Assembly (NCBI GenBank): GCA_035451285.1
Contig: DAOTOJ010000001.1
Span: 28,924-87,673 of the forward strand
Direction: 5' to 3'
Source of the DNA: Minisyncoccota bacterium
GTDB taxonomy: Bacteria; Patescibacteriota; Minisyncoccia; UBA6257; Brennerbacteraceae
Length of the DNA stretch: 58,750 nt
Made by a program: the position numbers and the translations under genes. The notes under the pieces were generated by a model that worked only from the letters and a program-made list of their open reading frames with translations, was not told the origin of the DNA and searched no databases. Below, piece by piece: positions 6,981-15,718 of the stretch (position 1 is the first letter of the stretch; every line of letters starts with the position of its first letter).

Positions 6981-9428
6981 ATGAGAAAAGATATTATTTG
7001 GTTTGAAGATTTAACAATAAACGACGTTAATTTAGTTGGGGGGAAAAATGCTGCTTTAGGAGAAATGTATAGCGAATTACTTAAGGTAGGGATTAAAATT
7101 CCTAATGGTTTCGCAATAACCGCCCAAGCTTATAAATATTTTTTAAAATTTAATGAATTTGATAAAAAAATTGAAGATATTTTAAAGGGTCTAAATACCC
7201 ACAACACTCGAGATTTAGCTTTGAGGGGTAAAAAAATAAGAGAATTAATAAAAAGCGGTGTAATGCCTAAAGATTTGGAAGAAAAAATTAAAAATGAATA
7301 CCAAAAACTTAGTAATTTTTATAAAACGAAAAATGTCGACGTAGCCGTTAGGTCTTCGGCTACTGCCGAGGATTTGCCAGATGCTTCTTTTGCTGGGCAA
7401 CAAGAGACTTATTTAAATATTAGAGGAGAACAAGCGCTTATTGAAGCAGTTAAAAATTCTTTTTCTTCGCTATTTACGGATCGAGCTATTTCTTATAGGT
7501 ATGATAAAGGTTTTAGCAGCACTGAAGTATTATTGTCAGTTGGAGTTCAAAAGATGGTTAGAAGTGACAAGGGAAGCTCAGGAGTTGCTTTTACTATTGA
7601 TACTGAAACTGGTTTTAATAAAGTTATTTTAATAAATGGCAGTTATGGTTTAGGGGAGTTAGTTGTTAAAGGTCAAGTTACTCCGGATGAATTTGTGGTT
7701 TTTAAACCATCTTTAGAAAATAATTTTTACCCGATTATTTCTAAAAACATTGGAAAAAAGGAAATTAAAATGATTTATTCAAGAAATTCCCAAAGAGTTC
7801 AGCAAACAGAAGTCATTAAAACTTCTATTAGCGAACAACAAAATTTTTGCTTGACAGATGAAGAGATAATCAAACTTTCTTGGGATTGTTTAAAAATTGA
7901 AAAGCATTTTTCTAAAAAACATAAAAGATATAGTCCAATGGATATTGAATGGGCAAAAGATGGAATAACTGGTGAAATGTTCATAGTTCAAGCAAGACCT
8001 GAAACAGTTCAAGCTTTAAAAAACCCCAATATTTATGAAGAATATATTTTAAAGCAAAAAGGTAAGTTATTGGTAACAGGCATTGCTATTGGCGCCAAAA
8101 TTTCAGCTGGCAAGGTAAGAGTTATAAAAGACGTTAAGCAAATCAGTGAGTTTCGAAAAGGTGAAATTTTAGTAACCGAAGTAACTGATCCTGATTGGGA
8201 GCCGATTATGAAAATAGCTTCTGGAATTATTACTGATAAAGGCGGTAGGACTTCGCACGCGGCAATTGTCTCGAGGGAATTAGGTGTCAATTGTATAGTT
8301 GGTGCCAATGATGCTACTTCAGTTTTAAAAACTGGCCAAATGATAACCATTGATTGTTCTTCGGGAACAATTGGTAATGTTTACGAAGGAAGACTTAATT
8401 TTGAAGTCAAGAAGCACGAACTTAAAAAACTTAAAGATCCTAAAGTAAAAATTTCAATTAATATTGGTTCCCCTGATGAAGCTTTTAAATATCATAATTT
8501 GCCGGTTAAAGGAGTGGGACTTGGAAGATTGGAATTTATTATTGCTTCTCAAATTCAAATTCATCCCAATGTTTTAATTGATTACCCACGAATAAAAAAT
8601 GGAGCTTTGAAATTTAATAATCAAACTAAAAAAGATTTAGAAAGTTTAATTAATAAAATAGATCAATTGACAATTGGCTATAGTAATAAGCAAGATTTTT
8701 ATGTTGATAAATTGACTTTTGGAATAGCTAAAATAGCTGCTGCTTTTTGGCCTAACGAAGTAATTATTAGATTTTCTGATTTTAAAACCAATGAATACGC
8801 GACTTTAACTGGCGGCAATTTATATGAACCATTTGAAGAAAATCCAATGATTGGTTGGCGCGGAGCTTCTCGTTATTACCATCCTAATTTTGAAAAAGCT
8901 TTTGGATTAGAATGTCAAGCGCTAAAAAATGTCAGAGAAAAAATGGGATTTATTAATGTAGTTCCAATGGTTCCTTTTTGTAGAACCATTGAAGAAGCTC
9001 AAAAAGTGCTTAAAATTATGGCCAAATATGGACTTAAACGAGGACAACTTGTAAAAAATTCTAAAGAATCAACATTAAAGGTTTATGTAATGGCTGAAAT
9101 ACCTTCAAATGCAATTTTAGCTAAGGATTTTTTAAAATATTTTGATGGAATGAGTATTGGTTCTAATGATTTAACTCAGTTAGTGTTAGGAATTGACAGA
9201 GATTCAACTATTATTAGTGGAATAGGCAATGAAAATAATCAAGCTGTCAAAGAAACTATTAAAGACATTATTAAAGAATGCCGTAAACAAAAAAAATATA
9301 GCGGAATTTGTGGACAAGCGCCAAGCGATTTTCCCCAATTTGCTAAATTTTTACAACAAATTGGTATTGAAGCAATTAGCCTAAATCCTGATAGTATTAT
9401 CAAAACAATTATTGCCCTAACAAATTAA
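6981..9428 (+). CDS. ppsA: Phosphoenolpyruvate synthase (pyruvate, water dikinase)
   Basis: 815 aa. It has an N-terminal ATP-grasp region (VGGKNAALGEM), the phospho-His swivel motif GGRTSHAAIVSRELG, and a C-terminal PEP-utilising TIM-barrel region. Confidence 0.92.
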   Translation: MRKDIIWFEDLTINDVNLVGGKNAALGEMYSELLKVGIKIPNGFAITAQAYKYFLKFNEFDKKIEDILKGLNTHNTRDLALRGKKIRELIKSGVMPKDLEEKIKNEYQKLSNFYKTKNVDVAVRSSATAEDLPDASFAGQQETYLNIRGEQALIEAVKNSFSSLFTDRAISYRYDKGFSSTEVLLSVGVQKMVRSDKGSSGVAFTIDTETGFNKVILINGSYGLGELVVKGQVTPDEFVVFKPSLENNFYPIISKNIGKKEIKMIYSRNSQRVQQTEVIKTSISEQQNFCLTDEEIIKLSWDCLKIEKHFSKKHKRYSPMDIEWAKDGITGEMFIVQARPETVQALKNPNIYEEYILKQKGKLLVTGIAIGAKISAGKVRVIKDVKQISEFRKGEILVTEVTDPDWEPIMKIASGIITDKGGRTSHAAIVSRELGVNCIVGANDATSVLKTGQMITIDCSSGTIGNVYEGRLNFEVKKHELKKLKDPKVKISINIGSPDEAFKYHNLPVKGVGLGRLEFIIASQIQIHPNVLIDYPRIKNGALKFNNQTKKDLESLINKIDQLTIGYSNKQDFYVDKLTFGIAKIAAAFWPNEVIIRFSDFKTNEYATLTGGNLYEPFEENPMIGWRGASRYYHPNFEKAFGLECQALKNVREKMGFINVVPMVPFCRTIEEAQKVLKIMAKYGLKRGQLVKNSKESTLKVYVMAEIPSNAILAKDFLKYFDGMSIGSNDLTQLVLGIDRDSTIISGIGNENNQAVKETIKDIIKECRKQKKYSGICGQAPSDFPQFAKFLQQIGIEAISLNPDSIIKTIIALTN

Positions 9429-9444
9429 TTAATCTTAAAATTTA

Positions 9445-10470
9445 ATGAAACTTGTTTTTTTTGAGATAGAAGATTGGGAAAAAGAATATATTTCAAAAAA
9501 TTTGAAAATTTCAAAAGATTTAGAGCTTTTATTTTATAATGAAAAATTTGATAAAAAGTTGATAACTAATGATGTTTTGGGAATTTCAGTTTTTGTTGGT
9601 TCAACAATAGATGAGAGTATTTTAGAAGTTGCTCCTAATTTAAAATTTATTACCACTCGTTCAACTGGTTTTGATCATTTAAAATCTGATTTATTAATAG
9701 AAAAGGGAGTAAAATTGGGTTATGTTCCTGGTTATGGCGATAATACTGTTGCTGAATTTGCTTTTGGGTTGTTACTGGCTGTTAATCGCCATATTTACGA
9801 AGCTTTTGATAGAATTAAAGAAAATCGAGATTTTTCAATAGAAGGTTTGGAAGGATTTGACCTGAAAGATAAAACAATTGGAATTATTGGTACTGGCAGA
9901 ATTGGCAAAGAAATGATTAAAATTTCCAAAGGTTTTCAAATGAATATTATGGCTTATGATTTATATCCTAATTTGGAATTAGCTAAAGAACTTGATTTTC
10001 GATACGTTTCTTTTGATGAATTATTAGCTAACTCTGATGTTATATCTTTGCATATTCCCTATACCAAAGAAAATCATTATTTAATAAACGAAGAGAATAT
10101 TTCCAAAATTAAAAAAGGGGCGATTTTGATAAACACTTCTCGTGGAGCACTGGTAGATTCCAAAGCCTTAATTAAAGGATTAAACGAGGGAATTCTAAGA
10201 GGTGTTGGTTTAGATGTTTTAGATGGAGAAAAAGAAACTTTTGAGGAAAGATCATTAGTGCTTTATGGTAATCTTCAAAAAGATGACATTTTAAATATTT
10301 TAGAAAACAATGTATTAATTAATACCTCGAATGTAATCATTACTCCTCACATTGCCTTTTTTACTAAAGAAGCTCAAATTAGGATTTTAAACACTGATTT
10401 AGCCAATATTGAAAGCTTTTTTGAAAACTTTGAAATGAAATTTCCAATTCCTCTTTTAAAAAGTAATTAA
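9445..10470 (+). CDS. D-isomer-specific 2-hydroxyacid dehydrogenase (D-lactate dehydrogenase-like)
   Basis: NAD Rossmann motif GIIGTGRIGKE, a catalytic R/E/H arrangement (NTSRG..., ITPHIAF), and a D-LDH-like N-terminus. Confidence 0.8.
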   Translation: MKLVFFEIEDWEKEYISKNLKISKDLELLFYNEKFDKKLITNDVLGISVFVGSTIDESILEVAPNLKFITTRSTGFDHLKSDLLIEKGVKLGYVPGYGDNTVAEFAFGLLLAVNRHIYEAFDRIKENRDFSIEGLEGFDLKDKTIGIIGTGRIGKEMIKISKGFQMNIMAYDLYPNLELAKELDFRYVSFDELLANSDVISLHIPYTKENHYLINEENISKIKKGAILINTSRGALVDSKALIKGLNEGILRGVGLDVLDGEKETFEERSLVLYGNLQKDDILNILENNVLINTSNVIITPHIAFFTKEAQIRILNTDLANIESFFENFEMKFPIPLLKSN

Positions 10471-10482
10471 ATCATTAAAAAT

Positions 10483-11724
10483 ATGTTGGATATTAATTTT
10501 ATTAGAAATAATAGAAAATTAGTTGAAGAGAATAATAAAAAAAGAAATTCAAAAGTAAGGGTTGATGAAATTTTGGATTTGGACGAAAAAAGAAGAAAAC
10601 TAATTACTGAAATAGATAGTTTAAAATCACAGCAAAATAAGAGATCAAAAAAGAAGCCAAGCGCTTCAGAAATAGTTCAGCTAAAAAAATTAGCTTCTAA
10701 AATTGAAAAAGCAGAGAAAGAGCTTAAAAAGATTGAAGACGAATTATTTGAGAAAATGAGTTGGCTTCCAAATTTACTTGATCCGGAAGTGCCACTTGGC
10801 AAGAGCGATGAAGATAATGTACCTATAAAATATTGGGGCGATGTTCCAAAATTTAATTTTGAGCCATTGAGCCACCAAGAATTAGGAGAAGCCTTAGATA
10901 TAATTGATATTCAACGGGCTGCTAAAATAACTGGTTCTAGATTTTATTTTTTAAAAAATGAAGGAGTTTTATTGAGATTAGCTTTAATAAATTTTGCTTT
11001 TGATTATTTAAAAAAACAAGGTTTTATTTTAATGAGTACTCCCCATTTAGCAAAAGAACAAACTTTGTTTGGCACTGGATATTTGCCCTTTTTTAAAGAT
11101 GATATTTATAAACTTGAAAATGAAGATTTGTCTTTAATCGGAACCTCAGAACAAACTTTAGTTGCTTATCACCAAGATGAAATACTTTCTGAATTAGAAC
11201 TTCCTAAACTTTATAGTGCTTATTCTCAATGTTTTCGAATAGAAGCTGGTTCTTATGGTAAAGATACTAAAGGAATTTTTAGGGTTCATGAATTTATGAA
11301 GGTTGAACAAATTGTTTTATGTAAGCCAGAAGAAATAGAACAGTATCATCAAAAATGCCTTCAAAACGAGGAAGCCTTTTTAAAAGCTTTAGAAATACCT
11401 TATAGAGTTGTTTTAATTTGTTCTGGCGACATGGGGGCTCCGGGATATAAAAAATACGATGTTGAGGCTTGGTTTCCTTCTCAAAATAAGTACCGAGAAG
11501 TAACTTCCAACACCAATTTAACAGATTACCAAACAAGAAGATTGAATATTAGATATCGCCAAAAAGATGGTTCCCTAATTTTTCCCTACACTATTTCAGC
11601 AACAGCTTTAACTGATAGGCATTTAATAGCAATTTTAGAAAATTATCAACAAAGCGATGGTTCAATAAAAATTCCTAAAGTTTTAATTCCTTATCTTAAT
11701 GGCTTAGAGGTTATTAAGAGATAG
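10483..11724 (+). CDS. serS: Seryl-tRNA synthetase
   Basis: N-terminal coiled-coil arm plus class II core motifs (FRVHEF, GSGLA-type region, TALTDRHLIAILENYQ). Confidence 0.92.
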   Translation: MLDINFIRNNRKLVEENNKKRNSKVRVDEILDLDEKRRKLITEIDSLKSQQNKRSKKKPSASEIVQLKKLASKIEKAEKELKKIEDELFEKMSWLPNLLDPEVPLGKSDEDNVPIKYWGDVPKFNFEPLSHQELGEALDIIDIQRAAKITGSRFYFLKNEGVLLRLALINFAFDYLKKQGFILMSTPHLAKEQTLFGTGYLPFFKDDIYKLENEDLSLIGTSEQTLVAYHQDEILSELELPKLYSAYSQCFRIEAGSYGKDTKGIFRVHEFMKVEQIVLCKPEEIEQYHQKCLQNEEAFLKALEIPYRVVLICSGDMGAPGYKKYDVEAWFPSQNKYREVTSNTNLTDYQTRRLNIRYRQKDGSLIFPYTISATALTDRHLIAILENYQQSDGSIKIPKVLIPYLNGLEVIKR

Positions 11725-11726
11725 TT

Positions 11727-12533
11727 ATGGCTTTTTCTAAAATTAGAACAATTAAGCGTCGCAGGAGGCTAAAAAAATATTTTAAAATTTTTTTAATAAT
11801 TGTTTTAATTGGAGGATTAGTTTATCTAGTTCTTTTTTCTAATTTTTTTATTGCCCAAAATATTGAAATTAATGGACAAGATGAAGAAAAAGTCAGCGAA
11901 ATTCAAAGATATTTAGATAATTATTTGGCAACGGCAACCAAAAACTACGGAATTTTTAAATATTTATCAACTAAAAACTATTTGGTATTTTTGTTACTAA
12001 AAAATGAAATTAGTCAAAATTTATTTTCTAATTATTACTATTTAGATAATTTGGATTTTGATTTTAATTTCAAAGATAAGGAAATAGTTTTAAATATTTA
12101 TTTAAAAGAACCAATAGCAACTGTTTGTTCTTTAGATAACTGTTTTTATTTGGATTCATCTGGAAAACTAATAGAAGAAACAGTTAAATCCCAAAAAAAG
12201 GGGATTTTAATTGAGGACCATTCAACTGCCATACTTAAAACTTCTGATGATTATTTGACCCCAAGCGAGCTTTCCGTTTTGAATGGATTTTTTAAGAAAA
12301 CCGAGCTAATGATTAAGCCTAATTATGTAGAACTTGACAATGCTAGTAAAGCTGGAAAATATGCTAAAATAATAACAGCAGATGATTACTATATTTTAAT
12401 TAGTTTTAATCTGCCGTTAGAATTTAGCTATTATGTCTTGCAATCTTTATTAAACGAACAGATGATTGATTTTGAAAATTTAGAATACCTTGATTTACGT
12501 TTCACTGACAAAGCGTTTTATAAATTAAAATAA
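11727..12533 (+). CDS. FtsQ/DivIB-like membrane protein (basic N-terminus, TM, POTRA-like segment)
   Basis: Has RRRRLKKYF followed by a TM helix, then FFIAQNIEINGQDEEKVSEIQRYL, which resembles the POTRA start of FtsQ. Confidence 0.45.
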   Translation: MAFSKIRTIKRRRRLKKYFKIFLIIVLIGGLVYLVLFSNFFIAQNIEINGQDEEKVSEIQRYLDNYLATATKNYGIFKYLSTKNYLVFLLLKNEISQNLFSNYYYLDNLDFDFNFKDKEIVLNIYLKEPIATVCSLDNCFYLDSSGKLIEETVKSQKKGILIEDHSTAILKTSDDYLTPSELSVLNGFFKKTELMIKPNYVELDNASKAGKYAKIITADDYYILISFNLPLEFSYYVLQSLLNEQMIDFENLEYLDLRFTDKAFYKLK

Positions 12534-12536
12534 AAT

Positions 12537-12902
12537 ATGCAACAAGCCAATCCTGAAAATTTAAAAAAATTTGAGAAATTAAAACAAGAAATTGAAAAAG
12601 AAATTCCTTTTTCAGAAGCCACTCCTCAAGAAAAAAAAGAAGTTTTAGAAAAAGTTATTGAAAAAAATTATTTTCCTCAAAAATCTCAAATTGAAAATTT
12701 AGAACCAAGATTAACAGAAATCGAAAAAGCTAAAAAACAATATGAGCCATTAATTTCCCAACTAATTGAAATTGCCCAAGAAGAGGGAATTGAAAAAGCA
12801 GTTAATAAAGCCTTAGAAGTTTCTAAAGACAATCCCTATCTTCTTGACGCTTTCCATGACGAGTTAGTTGATAAATATTTTCATCTTTTAGAAGAAAGTT
12901 AA
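12537..12902 (+). CDS. Hypothetical acidic helical protein
   Basis: 121-aa Glu/Lys-rich ORF, tightly packed between neighbours with 3-nt and 1-nt gaps. No motif recognised. Confidence 0.5.
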   Translation: MQQANPENLKKFEKLKQEIEKEIPFSEATPQEKKEVLEKVIEKNYFPQKSQIENLEPRLTEIEKAKKQYEPLISQLIEIAQEEGIEKAVNKALEVSKDNPYLLDAFHDELVDKYFHLLEES

Positions 12903-12903
12903 T

Positions 12904-15264
12904 ATGTATTTTTTTGTTTTTTTAATAATTTTAATTCTAATTTTAATAATTGGTTATTTTTTTGTTTTTAAAAAAAATAAAAAACAAAACTTATTGAAAA
13001 CTTTAAAATACAAACTTCTTCTAATAAGTATTTATAATCCAATATCCGAAGAGAAAATTGAATGGCGTAGTGAAATTAAAAAGTCTGAACAATTTTTTGA
13101 ATCATTAGCTGAATTTACAAATCCCCCGGTAATGGAGGTAGCAGTTAAAAATAAGGGAGAAGAAATCTATTTTTATTTAGCTGTTAGTGAAGAAGAAGTA
13201 GAAAAAGCAATTCAGCTTATTTTAAATTTTTGGCAAAATTCCGAAGTTCAATTGGTTGAAGATTACAACATTTTCAATCCTCAAGGAAGTTCTTTGATTA
13301 GTAAAATTAGCCTTGCTAAAGACAATATTTTGCCAATTAAAATTTATGAAAATTTATCAACTGACGTTTTATTAGCTATAATTCAAATTTTTTCAAACTT
13401 AGAAAAAGAAGGAGAGGGAATAGCTTATCAAGTAATTTTTAAAAAGTCTTCTGAGGATATTTTAAAAAGTTATAAAAATGTAATAAAAGAGATTCAAAAA
13501 GGAGCTTCTTTAAAAGAAGCTTTACAAAAAACATCAACTAATCCAATTTCGCTAATATTCGCAGGTTTTCAAGAATCTTTTTCTTCTAAAAAAGATGAAA
13601 AAGATATTAAACCTAAAGAAATTGATTCTAAAACAGTTGAATTTATAAATTCCAAAATTTCTAAACCTCTTTTTGAAGTTAATTTAAGATTAGCTGTTTC
13701 TGCTGGTAATTTAGAAAAAGCTAAAAAAATAACTAATCAAATCTCAGCTTCTTTAGCTCAAGTAAATGAACCATTGGCTAATTCTTTAAAGCTTTCAATT
13801 TTAAAAGGGGGTCAAGAAAAAAAAGGATTTTATGATTTTTCTTTTAGAAGATTCAAAAACAAAGATAAAATTATTCTAAATTCTTCCGAACTTTCTACTT
13901 TAATTCATTTTCCAACAAGAGAAATTTTGGGAATTTCTAAAGTCAAAATGCTGAAAGCTAAATCAGCTTTTCCCCCAATAGAGCTTCCTTCAACTGGTAT
14001 AACTTTAGGAAAGTCTTTTTATCACGGAGTAGAAAAAGAAATTAAAATGGCGACTGAAGATAGGTTTAGGCATATGTATATTATTGGTCAAACCGGTACC
14101 GGAAAAAGCACTTTTATTAAAAACTTAATAAAGCAAGATATAGAAAACGGTAATGGCTTAGCATTTTTTGATCCCCATGGAGATGATGCTTTTAATATTT
14201 TGAGTTATGTTCCCGACGAAAGAATTGAAGATGTGGTTTACTTTAATCCTTCAGATATCAATTATCCAATAGGTTTTAATATTTTAGAACACGATAAATC
14301 TAAACCGGAACAAGCTACTTTGATTGTCAATGAACTTTTAGAAATAATTGGTAAAATTTATAATTTAGCTGAAGTTGGCGGACCAGTTTTTGAACAATAC
14401 TTTAAAAATGCCTTATTTTTGCTTTTGAAAGATCCAATTTTAACGCCTACAATCTTAGATGTGCCTAAAGTATTTGCTGATTCTAATTTTAGAAAAACCT
14501 TGCTTAGCCGTTCTCCAGATTCTTTGGTAGTTAATTTTTGGCAGGAAGAAGCTGAAAAAGCTGGAGGAGATTTTTCACTATCTAATATAACTCCTTGGAT
14601 AACTTCTAAGTTAAATCCTTTTATTAGCAATGATTTTATTAAACCAATAGTTGGCCAAGAATATTCTTCTCTAAACTTAGATCAGATTATAAGAGATGGT
14701 AAAATTTTGGTGATTAATCTTTCTAAAAATATTGGCGAAACCAATGCCTACTTTTTAGGAATGATGCTGGTTTCCAAACTATTTATTAGTGCTATTTCCA
14801 GAGAACCAACTAATCGTAGAGATTTTTATCTTTATATTGATGAATTTCAGAATATTACTACTAAGACTATTATTAGTATTTTATCAGAGGCTAGAAAATT
14901 TAGATTATCTTTGACTATTGCCCACCAATATATTAAACAAATTGATGAGCAAATTAGAGATGCTATTTTTGGGAACGTAGGGACAATGTTGGCTTTTAGG
15001 GTTTCAATTAATGATGCCGAGTTTCTAAAAGAATATTTCAAGCCGGTTTTTAATGACTACGATTTAATTAATATTGAAAACTTTAATGCCTATTTAAGAT
15101 TACTAGTAAATGGCAAGGTTGTTGAACCATTTAATATTAAAATAGATTATCCAGCTAAAGTTGATTTTGAAAAAGCTAAAAAAGTAGAACAATTCTCTAA
15201 GTTAAAATATGGTGGAAATCTTCAAGAAATTTTACAAAATATCAATGATAAATATAATTTCTAA
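12904..15264 (+). CDS. TraD/VirD4-family (type IV coupling-protein-like) P-loop NTPase with an N-terminal TM segment
   Basis: Walker A GQTGTGKST at about nt 14086-14112 and Walker B FYLYIDEFQ at about nt 14825-14850. The SLTIAHQY motif is typical of TrwB/TraD-type ATPases. There is a single N-terminal TM helix. Confidence 0.72.
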   Translation: MYFFVFLIILILILIIGYFFVFKKNKKQNLLKTLKYKLLLISIYNPISEEKIEWRSEIKKSEQFFESLAEFTNPPVMEVAVKNKGEEIYFYLAVSEEEVEKAIQLILNFWQNSEVQLVEDYNIFNPQGSSLISKISLAKDNILPIKIYENLSTDVLLAIIQIFSNLEKEGEGIAYQVIFKKSSEDILKSYKNVIKEIQKGASLKEALQKTSTNPISLIFAGFQESFSSKKDEKDIKPKEIDSKTVEFINSKISKPLFEVNLRLAVSAGNLEKAKKITNQISASLAQVNEPLANSLKLSILKGGQEKKGFYDFSFRRFKNKDKIILNSSELSTLIHFPTREILGISKVKMLKAKSAFPPIELPSTGITLGKSFYHGVEKEIKMATEDRFRHMYIIGQTGTGKSTFIKNLIKQDIENGNGLAFFDPHGDDAFNILSYVPDERIEDVVYFNPSDINYPIGFNILEHDKSKPEQATLIVNELLEIIGKIYNLAEVGGPVFEQYFKNALFLLLKDPILTPTILDVPKVFADSNFRKTLLSRSPDSLVVNFWQEEAEKAGGDFSLSNITPWITSKLNPFISNDFIKPIVGQEYSSLNLDQIIRDGKILVINLSKNIGETNAYFLGMMLVSKLFISAISREPTNRRDFYLYIDEFQNITTKTIISILSEARKFRLSLTIAHQYIKQIDEQIRDAIFGNVGTMLAFRVSINDAEFLKEYFKPVFNDYDLINIENFNAYLRLLVNGKVVEPFNIKIDYPAKVDFEKAKKVEQFSKLKYGGNLQEILQNINDKYNF

Positions 15265-15685
15265 ACAAAACTTAAATTATTTTTCAAAATTTATTATTGC
15301 TGGTATTTTAAATACCTTGCTTGATTGGGGAATTTTAAACACTTTACTAGTTTTAACTGGTAGACAAGAACCAATCTTTTATGCGTTATTTAAAGTTATT
15401 TCATTTTTATTTGCAGCTCTGAATAGTTTTTTATTGAATAAATATTGGGTTTTTAAAGCTCAAGATGAGAAATTTCAAATTTTAAAATTTTCAGTTATTA
15501 CTTTTCTAGGAGTTATTTTAAATAATTTAGCAGCAACTCTGGTAACCTTTAAAGTTTGTCCATTAATTCTTTCAGAATTTTATTATTGTTCTAATCTGGG
15601 GGCTTTTGCTGGAACTTTTATTTCTTTGGTTTGGAATTTTTTAGGATATCGATTTTTTGCTTTTAAGACAACTTCGAATCCTTAA
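15245..15685 (+). CDS. GtrA-family membrane protein
   Basis: Four predicted TM helices, with FIIAGILNTLLDWGILNTLL and a LNKYWVFK motif typical of GtrA. The ATG at 15245 is preferred over the ORF-track start at 15209, which lies inside the preceding gene. Confidence 0.7.
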   Translation: MINIISKQNLNYFSKFIIAGILNTLLDWGILNTLLVLTGRQEPIFYALFKVISFLFAALNSFLLNKYWVFKAQDEKFQILKFSVITFLGVILNNLAATLVTFKVCPLILSEFYYCSNLGAFAGTFISLVWNFLGYRFFAFKTTSNP

Positions 15686-15718
15686 AAAATTATTAGAATT
15701 ATTAATTATTATAAATTT

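Noticed and set aside
7441-8350. Three ORF-track entries inside ppsA: 7441-7632 (+), 7799-7984 (-) and 8033-8350 (-).
   Set aside because: They are fully nested in alternative or antisense frames of a strongly supported 815-aa PEP synthase gene. Their translations are low-complexity and hydrophobic with no motifs. The longest one coincides with the more GC-rich, conserved phospho-His region, where antisense stop codons are naturally rarer.
11294-11536. 80-aa antisense ORF inside serS.
   Set aside because: It is nested antisense to a well-supported aminoacyl-tRNA synthetase gene and has no recognisable motif.
14358-15041. Antisense ORFs 14358-14630 and 14847-15041 inside the TraD/VirD4-like ATPase gene.
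   Set aside because: They are nested antisense to an ORF carrying clear Walker A and B motifs. No independent start context or motif is present.
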